A DNA stretch of 64,000 nt from Bdellovibrionales bacterium (GTDB taxonomy: Bacteria > Bdellovibrionota > Bdellovibrionia > Bdellovibrionales > UBA1609). Below are positions 47,215-58,682 of this stretch, piece by piece (position 1 is the stretch's first letter; every line of letters starts with the position of its first letter). The position numbers and the translations under genes are program-made. The notes under the pieces are model-generated. The model saw only the letters and a program-made list of their open reading frames with translations. It did no database searches and was not told where the DNA came from. Location of the stretch: positions 2,272,001-2,336,000 of the forward strand of contig CBDCMT010000001.1 of the NCBI GenBank assembly GCA_965219095.1. Reading direction: 5' to 3'.

Positions 47215-48911
47215 ATAAGCCAACTCTTCTTTTTCAAGAAGAGCCTTTAAAAAAAGAAGTTTTTGAAAATTTAAAACATAAATCTTCACAAGATTTTAAA
47301 ATAGGTTTTGAAGAAAAAACTGTCGATCATTTGAGTCTTGTGATCTGTAAAGAAGATCTTTTTGAACTTATGACGTTTCTTAAAACACAGTTTGATTTCT
47401 TAATGAACATTACCGGCGTAGATTATTTGAATAGAGAAAAAAGATTTGAAATTGTATATGAACTTTTCTCTTCTAAAACCTTTTTTCGCTTAAGAGTGAA
47501 AGTTCCTCTAAGTGAAAAAGAATCTATAAGCTCTTTAACAAGTTTATGGAAGGGTGCTAATTGGTTTGAAAGAGAAATCTATGATATGTTTGGAATTCAC
47601 TTTGATTACCATCCTAACTTGACAAGAATTTTATGTCACCATGAATTTAAAGGGCATCCTTTAAGAAAAGATTATCCTGCGGATCGACAACAACACTGTG
47701 ATTCTAGTTTGGATGCTTATTTTGAAGATGAAGCCAAAACTCCTGAAAACCATGTTCTTTTGAATATAGGCCCCTCTCATCCTGCTACTCATGGGACTTT
47801 AAGAATTATGTGTGAGTTAGACGGAGAAAGGGTTCACCGTGCTAATGTGGAGCTAGGTTACCTTCATCGTTGTTTTGAGAAAATGGCAGAAACTCATCCT
47901 TATAATCAAGTGATTCCTTATACGGATCGCTTGAACTATTGTTCTGCCCCTATGAACAATGTAGGGTACTGTTATGCTGTGGAACAGCTTTTAGGAGTTG
48001 AGATTCCTCCTAAGGCTCAATCCCTGCGAGTTATCTTGTGTGAACTTTCAAGAGTCATTGATCATATTGTTTGTATAGGAGCTAATGCTGTTGATTTAGG
48101 AGCTTTAACAGGATTTTTTCATCTTTTTTCATACAGAGAAATGGTTTACACTTTGTTTGAAAAACTTTGTGGTGCAAGACTTACGGTAAGTTTAACTCGT
48201 ATAGGAGGTATGGCTCAAAATCCTCCTAGGGGTTGGATTCATGACGTATTAAGCACTTGCCGTAAGATCAGAAAGGGTATCTCTGAAATTGAGGGCCTTT
48301 TAACGGAAAACAAGATATGGATTCAAAGAACAAAAGGTGTGGGAGCCATTAGTGCTCAAGAAGCAATTGAGTGGGGTTATACAGGCCCTCTTTTAAGAGC
48401 TTGTGGGATAGGTTTAGATTTGAGGGCTTGTGGAAAATCTTATTATGGGTATAACCAGTTGGATTTTGACATTCCTGTGGGTTCGGAAGGGGATTGTTAT
48501 GAAAGGTATTTGGTTCGTATAGAAGAGATGAAACAATCTTTGAAAATTATCGAACAAGTAGCAAGAAACTTACCTTCCGGTGATTATACTATAAGAGATA
48601 AAAAAATTGTTTTGCCTGAAAAAAAAGATGTTTATGGAAACATTGAAGGACTTATGAATCATTTTGTTTTGGTAATGAATGGTTTAAGGCCACCTCAAGG
48701 AGATATTTATAGTTACACAGAAGGAGCTAATGGGGAGTTAGGTTTTTACTTAGTCAGTGACGGCTCAGCTCAGCCTTACAGATTGAAAGTACGTCCTCCC
48801 TGTTTTCCTATTTACCAATCTTTTTCAGATCAGGTCAGAGGAGGTTTGGTCGCAGATGTAATCTCTATTTTAGGAAGCATGAACATTATTGCTGGAGAAT
48901 TAGATCGATAA
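47208..48911 (+). CDS. nuoCD: NADH-quinone oxidoreductase fused subunit C/D
   Basis: ERE.YDMFG and GHPLRKDY (C part); GPSHPATHG and GELDR end (D part). Confidence 0.96.
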   Translation: MLDKPTLLFQEEPLKKEVFENLKHKSSQDFKIGFEEKTVDHLSLVICKEDLFELMTFLKTQFDFLMNITGVDYLNREKRFEIVYELFSSKTFFRLRVKVPLSEKESISSLTSLWKGANWFEREIYDMFGIHFDYHPNLTRILCHHEFKGHPLRKDYPADRQQHCDSSLDAYFEDEAKTPENHVLLNIGPSHPATHGTLRIMCELDGERVHRANVELGYLHRCFEKMAETHPYNQVIPYTDRLNYCSAPMNNVGYCYAVEQLLGVEIPPKAQSLRVILCELSRVIDHIVCIGANAVDLGALTGFFHLFSYREMVYTLFEKLCGARLTVSLTRIGGMAQNPPRGWIHDVLSTCRKIRKGISEIEGLLTENKIWIQRTKGVGAISAQEAIEWGYTGPLLRACGIGLDLRACGKSYYGYNQLDFDIPVGSEGDCYERYLVRIEEMKQSLKIIEQVARNLPSGDYTIRDKKIVLPEKKDVYGNIEGLMNHFVLVMNGLRPPQGDIYSYTEGANGELGFYLVSDGSAQPYRLKVRPPCFPIYQSFSDQVRGGLVADVISILGSMNIIAGELDR

Positions 48912-48935
48912 AGCCAATTAGAAAAAGAGGAAAGT

Positions 48936-49424
48936 ATGTTTGAATTATCTCCCGAGGGAGTGGATTTTGTAAAAAAAGAAATGAAAAGGTATGAGAGCAA
49001 ACGTTCGGCTTTGATTCCCTGTCTTTTTAGAGTTCAAAAAGAAAACAAAGGTTGGATTAGTCAAGAGTGTGTGTCTTACCTTTCTGAACTTATGGATATT
49101 CCTAAAGCTTATGTTTTTGAAGTGTTTCATTTCTATACAATGTTTAATAAAAAACCTGTAGGAAAACTCCATGTTCAAGTGTGTTGCAATATTTCTTGTG
49201 CTATGAATGGGGGACGGGAGTTGGCAGAAGCGATTTGTAAAGCCTATAAAACGTCTTTACATAAAAAAAGCCCTTGTGAAACAGTAACAGTCACTCCTGT
49301 AGAGTGTTTAGGAGCCTGTAATGGAGCTCCTATGATGCAAGTCAATGACAATTATTATGAAAATCTTGATCAAACAAAAGCTTTAAGAGTTTTAAAAGAG
49401 TTAGAAGATAATTATGGAAACTAA
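48936..49424 (+). CDS. nuoE: NADH-quinone oxidoreductase subunit E
   Basis: FYTMF, CCNISC and ECLGAC motifs. Confidence 0.96.
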   Translation: MFELSPEGVDFVKKEMKRYESKRSALIPCLFRVQKENKGWISQECVSYLSELMDIPKAYVFEVFHFYTMFNKKPVGKLHVQVCCNISCAMNGGRELAEAICKAYKTSLHKKSPCETVTVTPVECLGACNGAPMMQVNDNYYENLDQTKALRVLKELEDNYGN

Positions 49425-50694
49425 AATTTTAACAAAACATTACAATAAAGATGAATTTATCACTTTAGAAGGTTATCAAAAATATGGTGGCTATAAAGTT
49501 TTAAAGGATACTTTAGGAAAGTTAGAACCTGAAGTGATTGTGAATATGGTGAAAAACTCTGGTTTGAGAGGAAGAGGGGGAGCTGGGTTTCCTACAGGTA
49601 TGAAGTGGGGTTTTTTACCTAAAAACTCAAAGCCTCGCTATTTGCTTTGTAATGCTGATGAAGGAGAGCCTGGAACTTTTAAAGATCGTATGATGATGGA
49701 AAGATCTCCTCATCAGATTATTGAGTCTATGATCCTATCAGCTTATGCAATCCGATCCCATAAGTCTTACATTTACATTCGTGGAGAGTATAATAAAAGT
49801 TTGAAGCTTATGAAAAAAGCACTGAATGAGGCTTACAAGGAAGGCTTCTTAGGTTCTTCTATTTTAGGGACTGATTTTTCTCACGATATGGACGTTTACT
49901 CTGGAGCGGGAGCTTATATTTGTGGTGAAGAAACAGGTATGATCTCTTCCTTAGAAGGTTTGAAAGGATACCCTAAGCTCAAGCCACCTTTCCCTGCTGT
50001 TGAAGGGTATTTAGGCTACCCTACAATTGTCAACAATGTAGAGACTTTAGTCTCTGTAAAGTACATCCTAAGAGATGGTATAGAAGCTTATAAAAAATAT
50101 GGAACGCAAAAATCTCCAGGAACAAAGATCTTTTCTGTGAGCGGATCTGTTATAAGGCCGGGAAATTACGAAGTTCCTTTAGGCTATCCTCTTAAAAGTA
50201 TGATCTACAATGATTGTGGAGGCTTAAGAGAAGGCCGTCAGTTAAAGGCTGTGATTCCAGGAGGATCTTCTGCCTCTGTTTTGACAGCAGAAGAAGCTTT
50301 ATCTGCAACATTAGACTATGAAAACTTATCTAATCTAGATTCTATGTTAGGCTCAGGAGCTGTGATTGTAATTGATGATTCTCAGTGTATGGTTGATCTT
50401 TTAAAAGTGATTTTGCGCTTTTATCATCATGAATCATGTGGACAGTGTACACCTTGCAGAGAGGGTACAGGTTGGATTCATAAAATTGTGGATTCTATCA
50501 CTCAAGGGAAGGGACGTATTCAGGATTTGGATTTAATTTGCGAAGTTAGTGAAAACATGAAAGGGCGTACTATTTGTGCTCTTTCTGATGCAGCAGCTTT
50601 ACCTGCTATAAGTTTTATTAGTAAATTTAGAGAGGAGTTTGAATCTTATATAAGAAGAAGGCTTTTTCAAAGGAAAGTACAGACTTATGCTTAA
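49414..50694 (+). CDS. nuoF: NADH-quinone oxidoreductase subunit F
   Basis: GRGGAGFPTG, NADEGEPG and ESCGQCTPCREG motifs. Confidence 0.98.
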   Translation: METKILTKHYNKDEFITLEGYQKYGGYKVLKDTLGKLEPEVIVNMVKNSGLRGRGGAGFPTGMKWGFLPKNSKPRYLLCNADEGEPGTFKDRMMMERSPHQIIESMILSAYAIRSHKSYIYIRGEYNKSLKLMKKALNEAYKEGFLGSSILGTDFSHDMDVYSGAGAYICGEETGMISSLEGLKGYPKLKPPFPAVEGYLGYPTIVNNVETLVSVKYILRDGIEAYKKYGTQKSPGTKIFSVSGSVIRPGNYEVPLGYPLKSMIYNDCGGLREGRQLKAVIPGGSSASVLTAEEALSATLDYENLSNLDSMLGSGAVIVIDDSQCMVDLLKVILRFYHHESCGQCTPCREGTGWIHKIVDSITQGKGRIQDLDLICEVSENMKGRTICALSDAAALPAISFISKFREEFESYIRRRLFQRKVQTYA

Positions 50695-52225
50695 TTGTAA
50701 AATTAATGGTAAAAATATAACTATAAATGAGAATACAAGTATTATCGAAGCCTTTCAAAAGGCAGGAGAAGAGATAGCTCATTATTGTTATCATCCAGGT
50801 CTGTCTATTGCAGGAGTTTGTCGTTTGTGTATGGTACACATTGAAGGTCAATCCCGTCTTCAAATTGCTTGCAATACAAAAGTGCAAGAAGGAATGGTTA
50901 TTAGCAATCAAACAGAAGAGGTGAAAAAAACAGTACGTTGGGGCTTGGATTTTCATTTAATCAATCATCCCCTAGATTGTCCTATTTGCGATCAAGCAGG
51001 AGAGTGTGAACTTCAAATTCAGTATATGAAATTTGGAAGTTATGATCCTGAAATGGCAGAAAGAAAAGTCAAAAAGAAAAAAGTCGTAAACCTAGGTTCA
51101 AAAATTGTATTAGATACAGAAAGGTGTATTTTATGCTCTCGTTGTGTTCGTTTTACTGACGAAGTGACAAAGACAAGTGAGTTAGGGATTTTTCATAGGG
51201 GTGATAAAAGTGAAATAGGAACTTTTCATAACAAGCCTCTTGAAAATAACTATGCTGTTAATACTGTTGATATTTGTCCTGTAGGAGCCTTGACAGCAAA
51301 GGATTTTCGTTTTCGTCAAAGAGTTTGGTTTTTAGAAGATAAACCAACAATTTGTGCGGGTTGTTCCACAGGTTGTTCTGTGAAAGCTTCTTATAATGAA
51401 GAAGGTCTTTTTCGTTTGAAACCGAACTATAATGAAAAGGTCAATGGCTATTGGATGTGTGATGAAGGTCGAAAAACTTATAAGACAGCTGATTTCAAAC
51501 AAAGACTTAGAAAAGGAAAGAAAGGTTATAAATCTCACTTTGAGATTTTAACTTCAGAAAAAATTTTAAAAGACGCTTTTTCTAAAATCAAAGACAGAGT
51601 AGAGCAAAGGCCAGAAGATCTAGCTCTTGTTCTTTCTTGTTCTTATACCAATGAAGAGTATGAGGCTATTTTATCTTTATTTTATAAGACATGGAAAGTG
51701 AAAAATCTTTTCTTTTGGAATCATAAAGATTTTCTCCGAGAGGAGTTTGATGGTCTTTTGATGAGAAATGACCGAAGTCCTAATACCAGAGGTTTATTTA
51801 AGGAATGTGAAAAGCAAAAAATCCATCCTCAATCTTTAAAAGATTTTGAAAAAAGGGGTTTTCAAACAGCCGTGGTTATGGGTCCTGAGAACATAGAGGT
51901 GGTTTCAGATTTTGAACAGCAAGCTAAAAGGCTTTCTGGATGTCCAGAGCTTATCTGGTTTACAGCTTGCAAACACCCTTTTTTAGATCAAGTAGAAGGC
52001 TCTATATGGCAAATTCCTTTAAAGGTTCATTTTGAGAAATCAGGTACTTTTACAAACTTCAATGGTCTTGAGCAAAGTTTTAAAAAAATTTGTGATATAG
52101 TTCCCCACAGTTTTGATCTTCTTCAGATAGCTCAGTTTTTTGAAACAGGAGTTTTGGAACCCAAGAGGTTTCAAGAACAGGAAAGAAAAATCAATTATTT
52201 TGTAAAAGAAAGAGGCTCTCTATGA
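50687..52225 (+). CDS. nuoG: NADH-quinone oxidoreductase subunit G (short form)
   Basis: CYHP...CRLC, HPLDCPICDQAGEC and CILCSRC motifs. Confidence 0.93.
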   Translation: MLNCKINGKNITINENTSIIEAFQKAGEEIAHYCYHPGLSIAGVCRLCMVHIEGQSRLQIACNTKVQEGMVISNQTEEVKKTVRWGLDFHLINHPLDCPICDQAGECELQIQYMKFGSYDPEMAERKVKKKKVVNLGSKIVLDTERCILCSRCVRFTDEVTKTSELGIFHRGDKSEIGTFHNKPLENNYAVNTVDICPVGALTAKDFRFRQRVWFLEDKPTICAGCSTGCSVKASYNEEGLFRLKPNYNEKVNGYWMCDEGRKTYKTADFKQRLRKGKKGYKSHFEILTSEKILKDAFSKIKDRVEQRPEDLALVLSCSYTNEEYEAILSLFYKTWKVKNLFFWNHKDFLREEFDGLLMRNDRSPNTRGLFKECEKQKIHPQSLKDFEKRGFQTAVVMGPENIEVVSDFEQQAKRLSGCPELIWFTACKHPFLDQVEGSIWQIPLKVHFEKSGTFTNFNGLEQSFKKICDIVPHSFDLLQIAQFFETGVLEPKRFQEQERKINYFVKERGSL

Positions 52226-52755
52226 TTCGTGTTAAAAAAGTTAAAAAACCAAGCCCTCTATCTAAGTGGTATTTACCATCCATTGTTTCAGGTCTTATTT
52301 TTACTTTGAAAAAAATGTTAAATAACCTCATAAAACCTAAGAAAATGCTTACCTTGAATTATCCTGAAGAGATTTATGAGTATGGTCCTCGATTTAAAGG
52401 AAGTCATATTTTAACAGTTAGAAAGGACGGAGCCATTCGTTGTACGGCCTGTATGCTTTGTGCAACGGCTTGTCCTGCTGATTGTATCACCATTACGGCC
52501 TCTGAACATGATGATCCTCATGTGGAAAAATACCCTATTAGCTATGAAATTGATGTTTTAAGATGTGTGTATTGTGGTTTTTGTGAAGAGGCTTGTCCTG
52601 TGGATGCAATTCGTATGGGACCTGAGTGGCAGACAGCGGGCTTGAATGGTTCTGATTTTAGCTATGATATGGACAAACTCTCTCGTCGTGAAAATTTTGA
52701 ACAAGGTGTTTTAAGTGTTGTGGATGATAAAGAAAGGCTTGACTCAGGAATTTAG
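52222..52755 (+). CDS. nuoI: NADH-quinone oxidoreductase subunit I
   Basis: Two CxxCxxCxxxCP ferredoxin motifs. Confidence 0.95.
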   Translation: MIRVKKVKKPSPLSKWYLPSIVSGLIFTLKKMLNNLIKPKKMLTLNYPEEIYEYGPRFKGSHILTVRKDGAIRCTACMLCATACPADCITITASEHDDPHVEKYPISYEIDVLRCVYCGFCEEACPVDAIRMGPEWQTAGLNGSDFSYDMDKLSRRENFEQGVLSVVDDKERLDSGI

Positions 52756-52828
52756 CTCTCTTTCTTTTTCCCTCATTTTCCAGATAAGGATTCTTTTTTC
52801 TTATTTAAGCTTGTGATAAGCTTAAATC

Positions 52829-54166
52829 ATGGAATCACTTCATCAAATGCTTTTAAATACAGTAGAAAGGCTATATCGCAGAAAAGCTTATAGCAGTCTT
52901 AAAAAAGTCTTTGAAAAAAGTCATGGCGTAGATATAGCGGGAGTTTTGTCTTCTGTAAGCTATGAAGTAGCTGAAAAACTTTTCAAGTTGATTCATGATG
53001 AAGAAAAAAAAGCTGAAATTTTAAGCCATCTTGAATCAGAAAAACAAAAAAAATTCATAAACTTTTTTAGTCAAAAAGAATTAATTCAAATCGTAGGGCT
53101 TATGGATTCCGATGACGCTGCAGATTTTTTAAGTAATTTGAGTAACGAAGAATCAGAGGTCATTTTAAAAAAGATGGTGCCTCAAGACTCTCAAGGTGTG
53201 GCTGAACTTATGGTACACTCTAGTGATTCAGCAGGAGGCTTGATGACTACTGATTTTTTATCTTTGAATCAAAATCTACTTGTATCGGAAGCTATTAAAA
53301 AAATTCAATCTCATCAAGATAAGGTTTTGTTTTACATTTATATTGTCAATGATCATAATAATTTAGCAGGAGTTTTAAGTTTAAAACAACTTCTTTTGTG
53401 CCCTCAGAAAAAAAGTCTTAAAGAGATCATGTTATGTGATGTAATTTCAGTTCATGTTACAGATACACAGAGTAAAGTTGCTGAAATTGTAGAAAGGTAT
53501 GACTTTTTAGCTCTTCCTGTTGTGAATGTACATAATCAACTTGAAGGGGTAATTACAGTGGACGATGTTATTGATGTGATTAGAGAGGAGGCTGAAGAAC
53601 AGTTTCTTTCCATGGGGCAAAGTTCAAGATCTGAAAGCTTTTGGTTGAATTTGTGGAAACGTCTTTCTTTACTTTTCTATTCTTTTTTCTCAGGCTTTTT
53701 GTGTTTTATTACAATTTATAATCTGCCTTCCTTAAAGTTCTATAATTTTCAAATACCGCAAATACCCTTATGGTCAGAAATTTCCTTTTTTCCTATGCTT
53801 TGGATCATGGGACTGACTGTAGCTAACCAATCAGCTGCAACAAGTATAACCATACTAAAAGACTTGGAACTAAAAAAAATTAAATGGCTTTATTTTTTTT
53901 CCTCTGAAATTCTTATGAATTTGTTTGTACTCTTTTTCTTAGGATCTTTGACTTGGTCTTTTTTTTGGTTTTTAAGCCTTCCTTCAGGTTATCTTATTAT
54001 GAACCTTATTTTAGAAATTTTAACGGCGACTTTCTTAGGTTCCTCTATGCCCATTTTAATTCAAAAACTAAAAGGTAGCCCCTCCTTAACAACGATTCCT
54101 ACTCTCACAGTTCTTGTAACAATTTTTACTTTACTCCTTTATATGTGGTTTTTGGGAAAAAACTAA
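52829..54166 (+). CDS. mgtE: Magnesium transporter MgtE
   Basis: MgtE-N (DDAAD), SAGGLMT, a CBS pair (GVITVDDV) and C-terminal TMs; the TM region looks divergent. Confidence 0.88.
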   Translation: MESLHQMLLNTVERLYRRKAYSSLKKVFEKSHGVDIAGVLSSVSYEVAEKLFKLIHDEEKKAEILSHLESEKQKKFINFFSQKELIQIVGLMDSDDAADFLSNLSNEESEVILKKMVPQDSQGVAELMVHSSDSAGGLMTTDFLSLNQNLLVSEAIKKIQSHQDKVLFYIYIVNDHNNLAGVLSLKQLLLCPQKKSLKEIMLCDVISVHVTDTQSKVAEIVERYDFLALPVVNVHNQLEGVITVDDVIDVIREEAEEQFLSMGQSSRSESFWLNLWKRLSLLFYSFFSGFLCFITIYNLPSLKFYNFQIPQIPLWSEISFFPMLWIMGLTVANQSAATSITILKDLELKKIKWLYFFSSEILMNLFVLFFLGSLTWSFFWFLSLPSGYLIMNLILEILTATFLGSSMPILIQKLKGSPSLTTIPTLTVLVTIFTLLLYMWFLGKN

Positions 54167-54768
54167 TGTTTGAAAAAGAAAAAGTTTTTCTTTTAAAAAA
54201 GACAATTTTCTCTGAGGCAGATCTTATTTTGCATGGACTTAACTCTAAGGGATCTAAAATTTCTGTGTTAGCAAAATGTGCTAGAAAAAGCAGAAAAAGA
54301 TTTGGAGGTGGCATCTTACAACCTACGCATTTGTTGGAATGGGTCTATAGTAAAAGAAAAAGCCAAGAGTTAGGAGTTTTAAAAGAAGCGTCTTTAAAAA
54401 CAAGCTTTCAAGGCCTAAGAAAAGATTTTAAGAGGTTAGAGTTAGGGCTTTATTTTGTTAAGCTTATGGATTGTGTGAGTCTGCAGGGCATGTCATCTCA
54501 TTCTTCTATGTTTCATCTTTTAGGCCATGGCTTGAAGCAGGCCGAAATGACCTCTGATTTATCAAAATTAAAAATACATTTTGAGATGAAATTTTTATTC
54601 GAACAAGGAGTTCTTTCTTGTTATGAATATAGAAGGTTTCTTTCAAAACCTCTTTATGAGCATTTAAAATTGAAGAACTTAGAAGATAAGAAGCACCACA
54701 TCTCACAAGAGGTCTCTATTTATTTGAACAAGAGGTTTGACAAGTTTTTTCTTGAATGGGAAGATTGA
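54166..54768 (+). CDS. recO: DNA repair protein RecO
   Basis: FSEADLI and ARKSRKRFGG motifs; ATG overlaps the mgtE stop (TAATG). Confidence 0.85.
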   Translation: MFEKEKVFLLKKTIFSEADLILHGLNSKGSKISVLAKCARKSRKRFGGGILQPTHLLEWVYSKRKSQELGVLKEASLKTSFQGLRKDFKRLELGLYFVKLMDCVSLQGMSSHSSMFHLLGHGLKQAEMTSDLSKLKIHFEMKFLFEQGVLSCYEYRRFLSKPLYEHLKLKNLEDKKHHISQEVSIYLNKRFDKFFLEWED

Positions 54769-54772
54769 TATA

Positions 54773-55888
54773 ATGAAGTTAAGATTTTTAATAGCTCTAT
54801 TGATCATAGGTCCTATGATTTTACAAGCTCAAGATGAAAAAGGTTTAAGTTCAGACTATAAAGCAACTTATTCCGATTTGCCTGCAATGCTTCCTTATTT
54901 AACGCCTTTTTTTGAAGAAGAGCATCCTCCTAAGCCGGAGAATTTTTTAGAGAATTTTTTACATAAGGACCTCCTTACAGTTTCAAAAGATAACAAATTT
55001 CTCATAGAGACAAGTTTTAGATACGATAGCAATGCTAGAATTATTGATGATAACATTTCTTTAGATATGGGGAAGTTTTCCTTTGAGGAAACAAAACAAA
55101 TTTTCCTTCAAACTCATTACGAAAGAGTTTTTAAAAAACATAAGGATTTTAACATGCTTTTTAGATGGGATATGGTTTATATCAATAGTAGTGAGAAAAA
55201 GATATCAGAAAGTGATCCCTTATGGATGCGTTTTGAGCTTCCTGCCGTATTCAAAAGAAAGCACGATGAGATCCATTGGGGGCTTGCGTATGAGAGTTTA
55301 TTAAGAAAAAGTCGTGAGTTTCCTTCTCATAGGGGGCCTTATTGGCACGGACTGGAATTTTTTTCCCGTTCCTTTTATAGGCTTTCTCGTCTAGAATTAG
55401 CTACTTACTTTCAAGTACAACAGTATAAGTCTTATGTTTCCGAAAAAAAAGAAGAAGAAAGAAAAGACGGTTTAAATTACTTTTTTCAGCTTCAGGCTAC
55501 TGTTGATATATCTCGTAACTCTAGATTCATTCTTCCTTTATCTTTTTCTTTTCATAGAGCTAATGAGGAGAGTAACCGTTACTCTCGCTATGACTTTGGT
55601 TTGTTTTATGAGTTTGATCATCACGTTGTGTCAAGTCGTATAGGTTTAAGTCGCTATAAGCTTTCCTATGAAGAACAAAAAAATGATGCAGATGATTCGT
55701 TAAGAGCTTATTTTGATTTTATTGCAAAAATACATAAGAATTTTTCTGTCAAGTTAAGTTTGAACCAAATCTTTTTTGACAAAAAAAAGGTTTGCGAAGA
55801 AGATGAAGATGATTCTGATTGCGGAAAAACTAAAGACTTTGATAAAAAACAAATGAGTTTAGGCTTTATATATCAAGTAAAATTTTAG
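54773..55888 (+). CDS. Putative outer-membrane beta-barrel protein
   Basis: Signal peptide MKLRFLIALLIIGPMILQA; aromatic-rich alternating strands; C-terminal ...GFIYQVKF. Confidence 0.6.
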   Translation: MKLRFLIALLIIGPMILQAQDEKGLSSDYKATYSDLPAMLPYLTPFFEEEHPPKPENFLENFLHKDLLTVSKDNKFLIETSFRYDSNARIIDDNISLDMGKFSFEETKQIFLQTHYERVFKKHKDFNMLFRWDMVYINSSEKKISESDPLWMRFELPAVFKRKHDEIHWGLAYESLLRKSREFPSHRGPYWHGLEFFSRSFYRLSRLELATYFQVQQYKSYVSEKKEEERKDGLNYFFQLQATVDISRNSRFILPLSFSFHRANEESNRYSRYDFGLFYEFDHHVVSSRIGLSRYKLSYEEQKNDADDSLRAYFDFIAKIHKNFSVKLSLNQIFFDKKKVCEEDEDDSDCGKTKDFDKKQMSLGFIYQVKF

Positions 55889-56769
55889 TTTTTTCCTAGA
55901 GGATGTTTTTTCTCTAAAGTTTGAGCTAATTGTCTTAAATTCAAATGAGTGTACTTTTGAGTTGCTGTAAGAGAAGAGTGACCTAAGAGAGCTTGTAGAG
56001 TTCTTAAATTAACTCCATCAGATAATAGGTGAGTGGCAAAACTGTGGCGAAGAGCATGGGGGTGTAGTGGTTTTAGAAGACAGGCTTTTTTCCCCCAAGT
56101 TCTTACTTTTTCATAAGCAGTTCTTGTTGTAAAAGAAAAGACTTTTTGGTTTGTTTGATCCTTCCCCTTAAGTTTAAGTTCTTTTAAAAGGGTCCAGACT
56201 TTTTGAGGTAAAACAATAAGCCTTTCTTTTTGTCCTTTACCTAAAACTCTTATAACTTTCTCATTCCATTGAATATCCATCCATTTTAAAGCACAAGCCT
56301 CACTTACTCTTAAGCCTCCTCCATAAAGAAGAAGGATTAAAAGAAGATCTGGTTTGTCTTTTTTCTTTTTAAAAACTTGTAATAAAGAGGTTATCTCATC
56401 AAGGCTCAAATAGGAAGGAAGTCGTTGTGTTACTTTAGGACAACTTAAAGAGAGCGAGATGTTATCTTCAATCATTTTTTCTTCAAAAAGCCATTGGAAA
56501 AACCCTTTAAGACAAGCGATTTTACGGTTGCGACTTGCAGAAGAAAGATAGGCCCAAGAAAGGATGGTTTTTTTGTTCCATTTTTGAAGATTGTGAGAGT
56601 TTAAAGACAAGTTATGAGAGTGTTGAACTAATGTGTACAGATCATTTTTATAAGCCCTTAAAGTATGTTCTGAAGCTGACTTTACATTTTCTAAGTATTT
56701 TAAATAAGATAAGGAGGCTTTTTGAAGTTGAGAACATAAGGAGGTTTTTTTTTGCAATTTAACTGACAT
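55885..56769 (-). CDS. xerC: XerC/D-type tyrosine recombinase
   Basis: SEHTLRAY, GLRVSE, GKG.KER, HPHALRHSFATHLL and LLGH...TQKY motifs. Confidence 0.85.
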   Translation of the reverse strand: MSVKLQKKTSLCSQLQKASLSYLKYLENVKSASEHTLRAYKNDLYTLVQHSHNLSLNSHNLQKWNKKTILSWAYLSSASRNRKIACLKGFFQWLFEEKMIEDNISLSLSCPKVTQRLPSYLSLDEITSLLQVFKKKKDKPDLLLILLLYGGGLRVSEACALKWMDIQWNEKVIRVLGKGQKERLIVLPQKVWTLLKELKLKGKDQTNQKVFSFTTRTAYEKVRTWGKKACLLKPLHPHALRHSFATHLLSDGVNLRTLQALLGHSSLTATQKYTHLNLRQLAQTLEKKHPLGKN

Positions 56770-56900
56770 GTATTTTACATTTTACCATACCTTAAAGAAA
56801 AGCTTGAAAGTTTTTGAGACAAAGGGGATGGTTAATAAAGTAAGATAAAAATTAGAACTTTCATCTAGGTTGTATTGAAAATGTTATAGATGAAGACTAA

Positions 56901-56976
56901 GGCATATTGACGATTCGTTATAGTTTACAGGTTCTCTCTTACTAATGAAATAAAGACTGAATCGTCAACACGACCA
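56901..56976. repeat. Small inverted-repeat element (MITE relic candidate)
   Basis: TTGACGATTC (56907-56916) and GAATCGTCAA (56959-56968), with further partial complementarity outward. Confidence 0.4.
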
Positions 56977-57040
56977 GTCCTTTAACCAGTAATTTTTTAC
57001 TCTCTTGAAATCATAATCATATTATCATAACTTAACTATA

Positions 57041-58006
57041 TAGTGCTTCCGCTTAGGTTTTCAGTTTCCTAAGATAGAGAAGTTATCAGTTATCAAAGTT
57101 TCTAATTTAGATCTGTGTTTTCGTATTCCTCTAAAAAATTGACTTAAACTTCCCTTGAAATCGTCATAGTTTTCATAATATCGATTCGCCGTGACCTCTT
57201 TTTTCATAAACTTCCAAAGCCTTTCTATAGGATTTAAATTCGGTGAGTACGGAGGAAGATAAATAAGCTTTACATTCAACTCTTTCGCTAACTTCTTGAC
57301 AGACTTCGATCTATTGTATCCGGCCCCATCTAAGATAAGATGAATCTCTTTTTCATCGGGATGCTTCTTAATGAATATGATGGAGCATATCACATAGGAA
57401 AACTTCGTTGACTGTCTTATAACTCCTGACTACCGTCTTCAAACTATTGATCTCAATAGCTCCACAAACATTCACTCTTTTTCTCCAGCCTGAATTGGTC
57501 TTCACTTCAAACTTCTTACCCTCTCTTATCCAACCATATGAAATCGTAGGGCCCCACTCAGGATGTGTGGAATCAGCAAAGTAAACAGGACCGTCTTTCT
57601 TCTTAATTCTCTTGTATTTACGCACAAACTTTTTCTGCTCTTCTCTCTTTGCCTTACCCGGTATCGCTGTGGCTTTTTTATAAGAAAAACTAAGGCGATG
57701 GAGAAGATCAATTACACCACTTGTTGAGTACGTAACACCAAAATTCTCCTCAATGAACTGAATAACGGTCTGTGATGATGGAAAAATTCTTTTCTCTAAT
57801 TCCTTTAAAAGCATTTTCTCCTCTTTCTTAGTTAAAAAGGAGCTTTTAGGGTTGTAATTGTCGTTGATTAAGCACTCTATCCCACCTTTGTTATAACGAT
57901 CTCTACAGGCTCTTATCGTGCCCTCATCAATGAAAAGAAAGCAGGCAATATCTTTACACAACTTACCTTTATCTAAATGGAGAATTGTCATAATCCTTTT
58001 TGCGTA
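57041..58006 (-). mobile_element. IS630 type A, 5'-truncated, frameshifted
   Basis: IR at 57041; ORFs 57368-57991 and 57061-57393. Confidence 0.92.
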
Positions 58007-58585
58007 AATACAAGAGAATTAAGAAGAAAGACGGTCCTGTTTACTTTGCTGATTCCACACATCCTGAGTGGGGCCCTACGATTTCATATGGTTGGATAAG
58101 AGAGGGTAAGAAGTTTGAAGTGAAGACCAATTCAGGCTGGAGAAAAAGAGTGAATGTTTGTGGAGCTATTGAGATCAATAGTTTGAAGACGATAGTCAGG
58201 AGTTATAAGACAGTCAACGAAGTTTTCCTATGTGATATGCTCCATCATCTTCATTAAGAAGCATCCCGATGAAAAAGAGATTCATCTTATCTTTAGATGG
58301 GGCCGGATACAATAGATCGAAGTCTGTCAAGAAGTTAGCGAAAGAGTTGAATATAAAACTTGTTTATCTTCCTCCGTACTCACTGAATTTAAATCCTATA
58401 GAAAGGCTTTGGAAGTTTATGAAAAAAGAGGTCACGGCGAATCGATATTATGAAAACTATGACGATTTCAAGGGAAGTTTAAGTCAATTTTTTAGAGGAA
58501 TACGAAAACACAGATCTAAATTAGAAACTTTGATAACTGATAACTTCTCTATCTTAGGAAACTGAAAACCTAAGCGGAAGCACTA
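58001..58585 (+). mobile_element. IS630 type A 3' half in inverted (fold-back) orientation
   Basis: ORFs 58000-58257 and 58269-58565; IR ends at 58585; joined to the previous copy at TGCGTA. Confidence 0.9.
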
Positions 58586-58682
58586 TATAAAGTCCTATTG
58601 ACTTTCCCTATAAACCTGATCAATGGCTTTAGGTCTTCTAAAATGGATTTAAATGGTTATCTTTATTTGCAGAGTTCTTGAT

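Noticed and set aside
57006..57032. dif-like motif near xerC (CATAA TCATA TTATC)
   Set aside because: The spacer is 5 bp rather than 6 and the XerD arm does not match TTATGTTAAAT.
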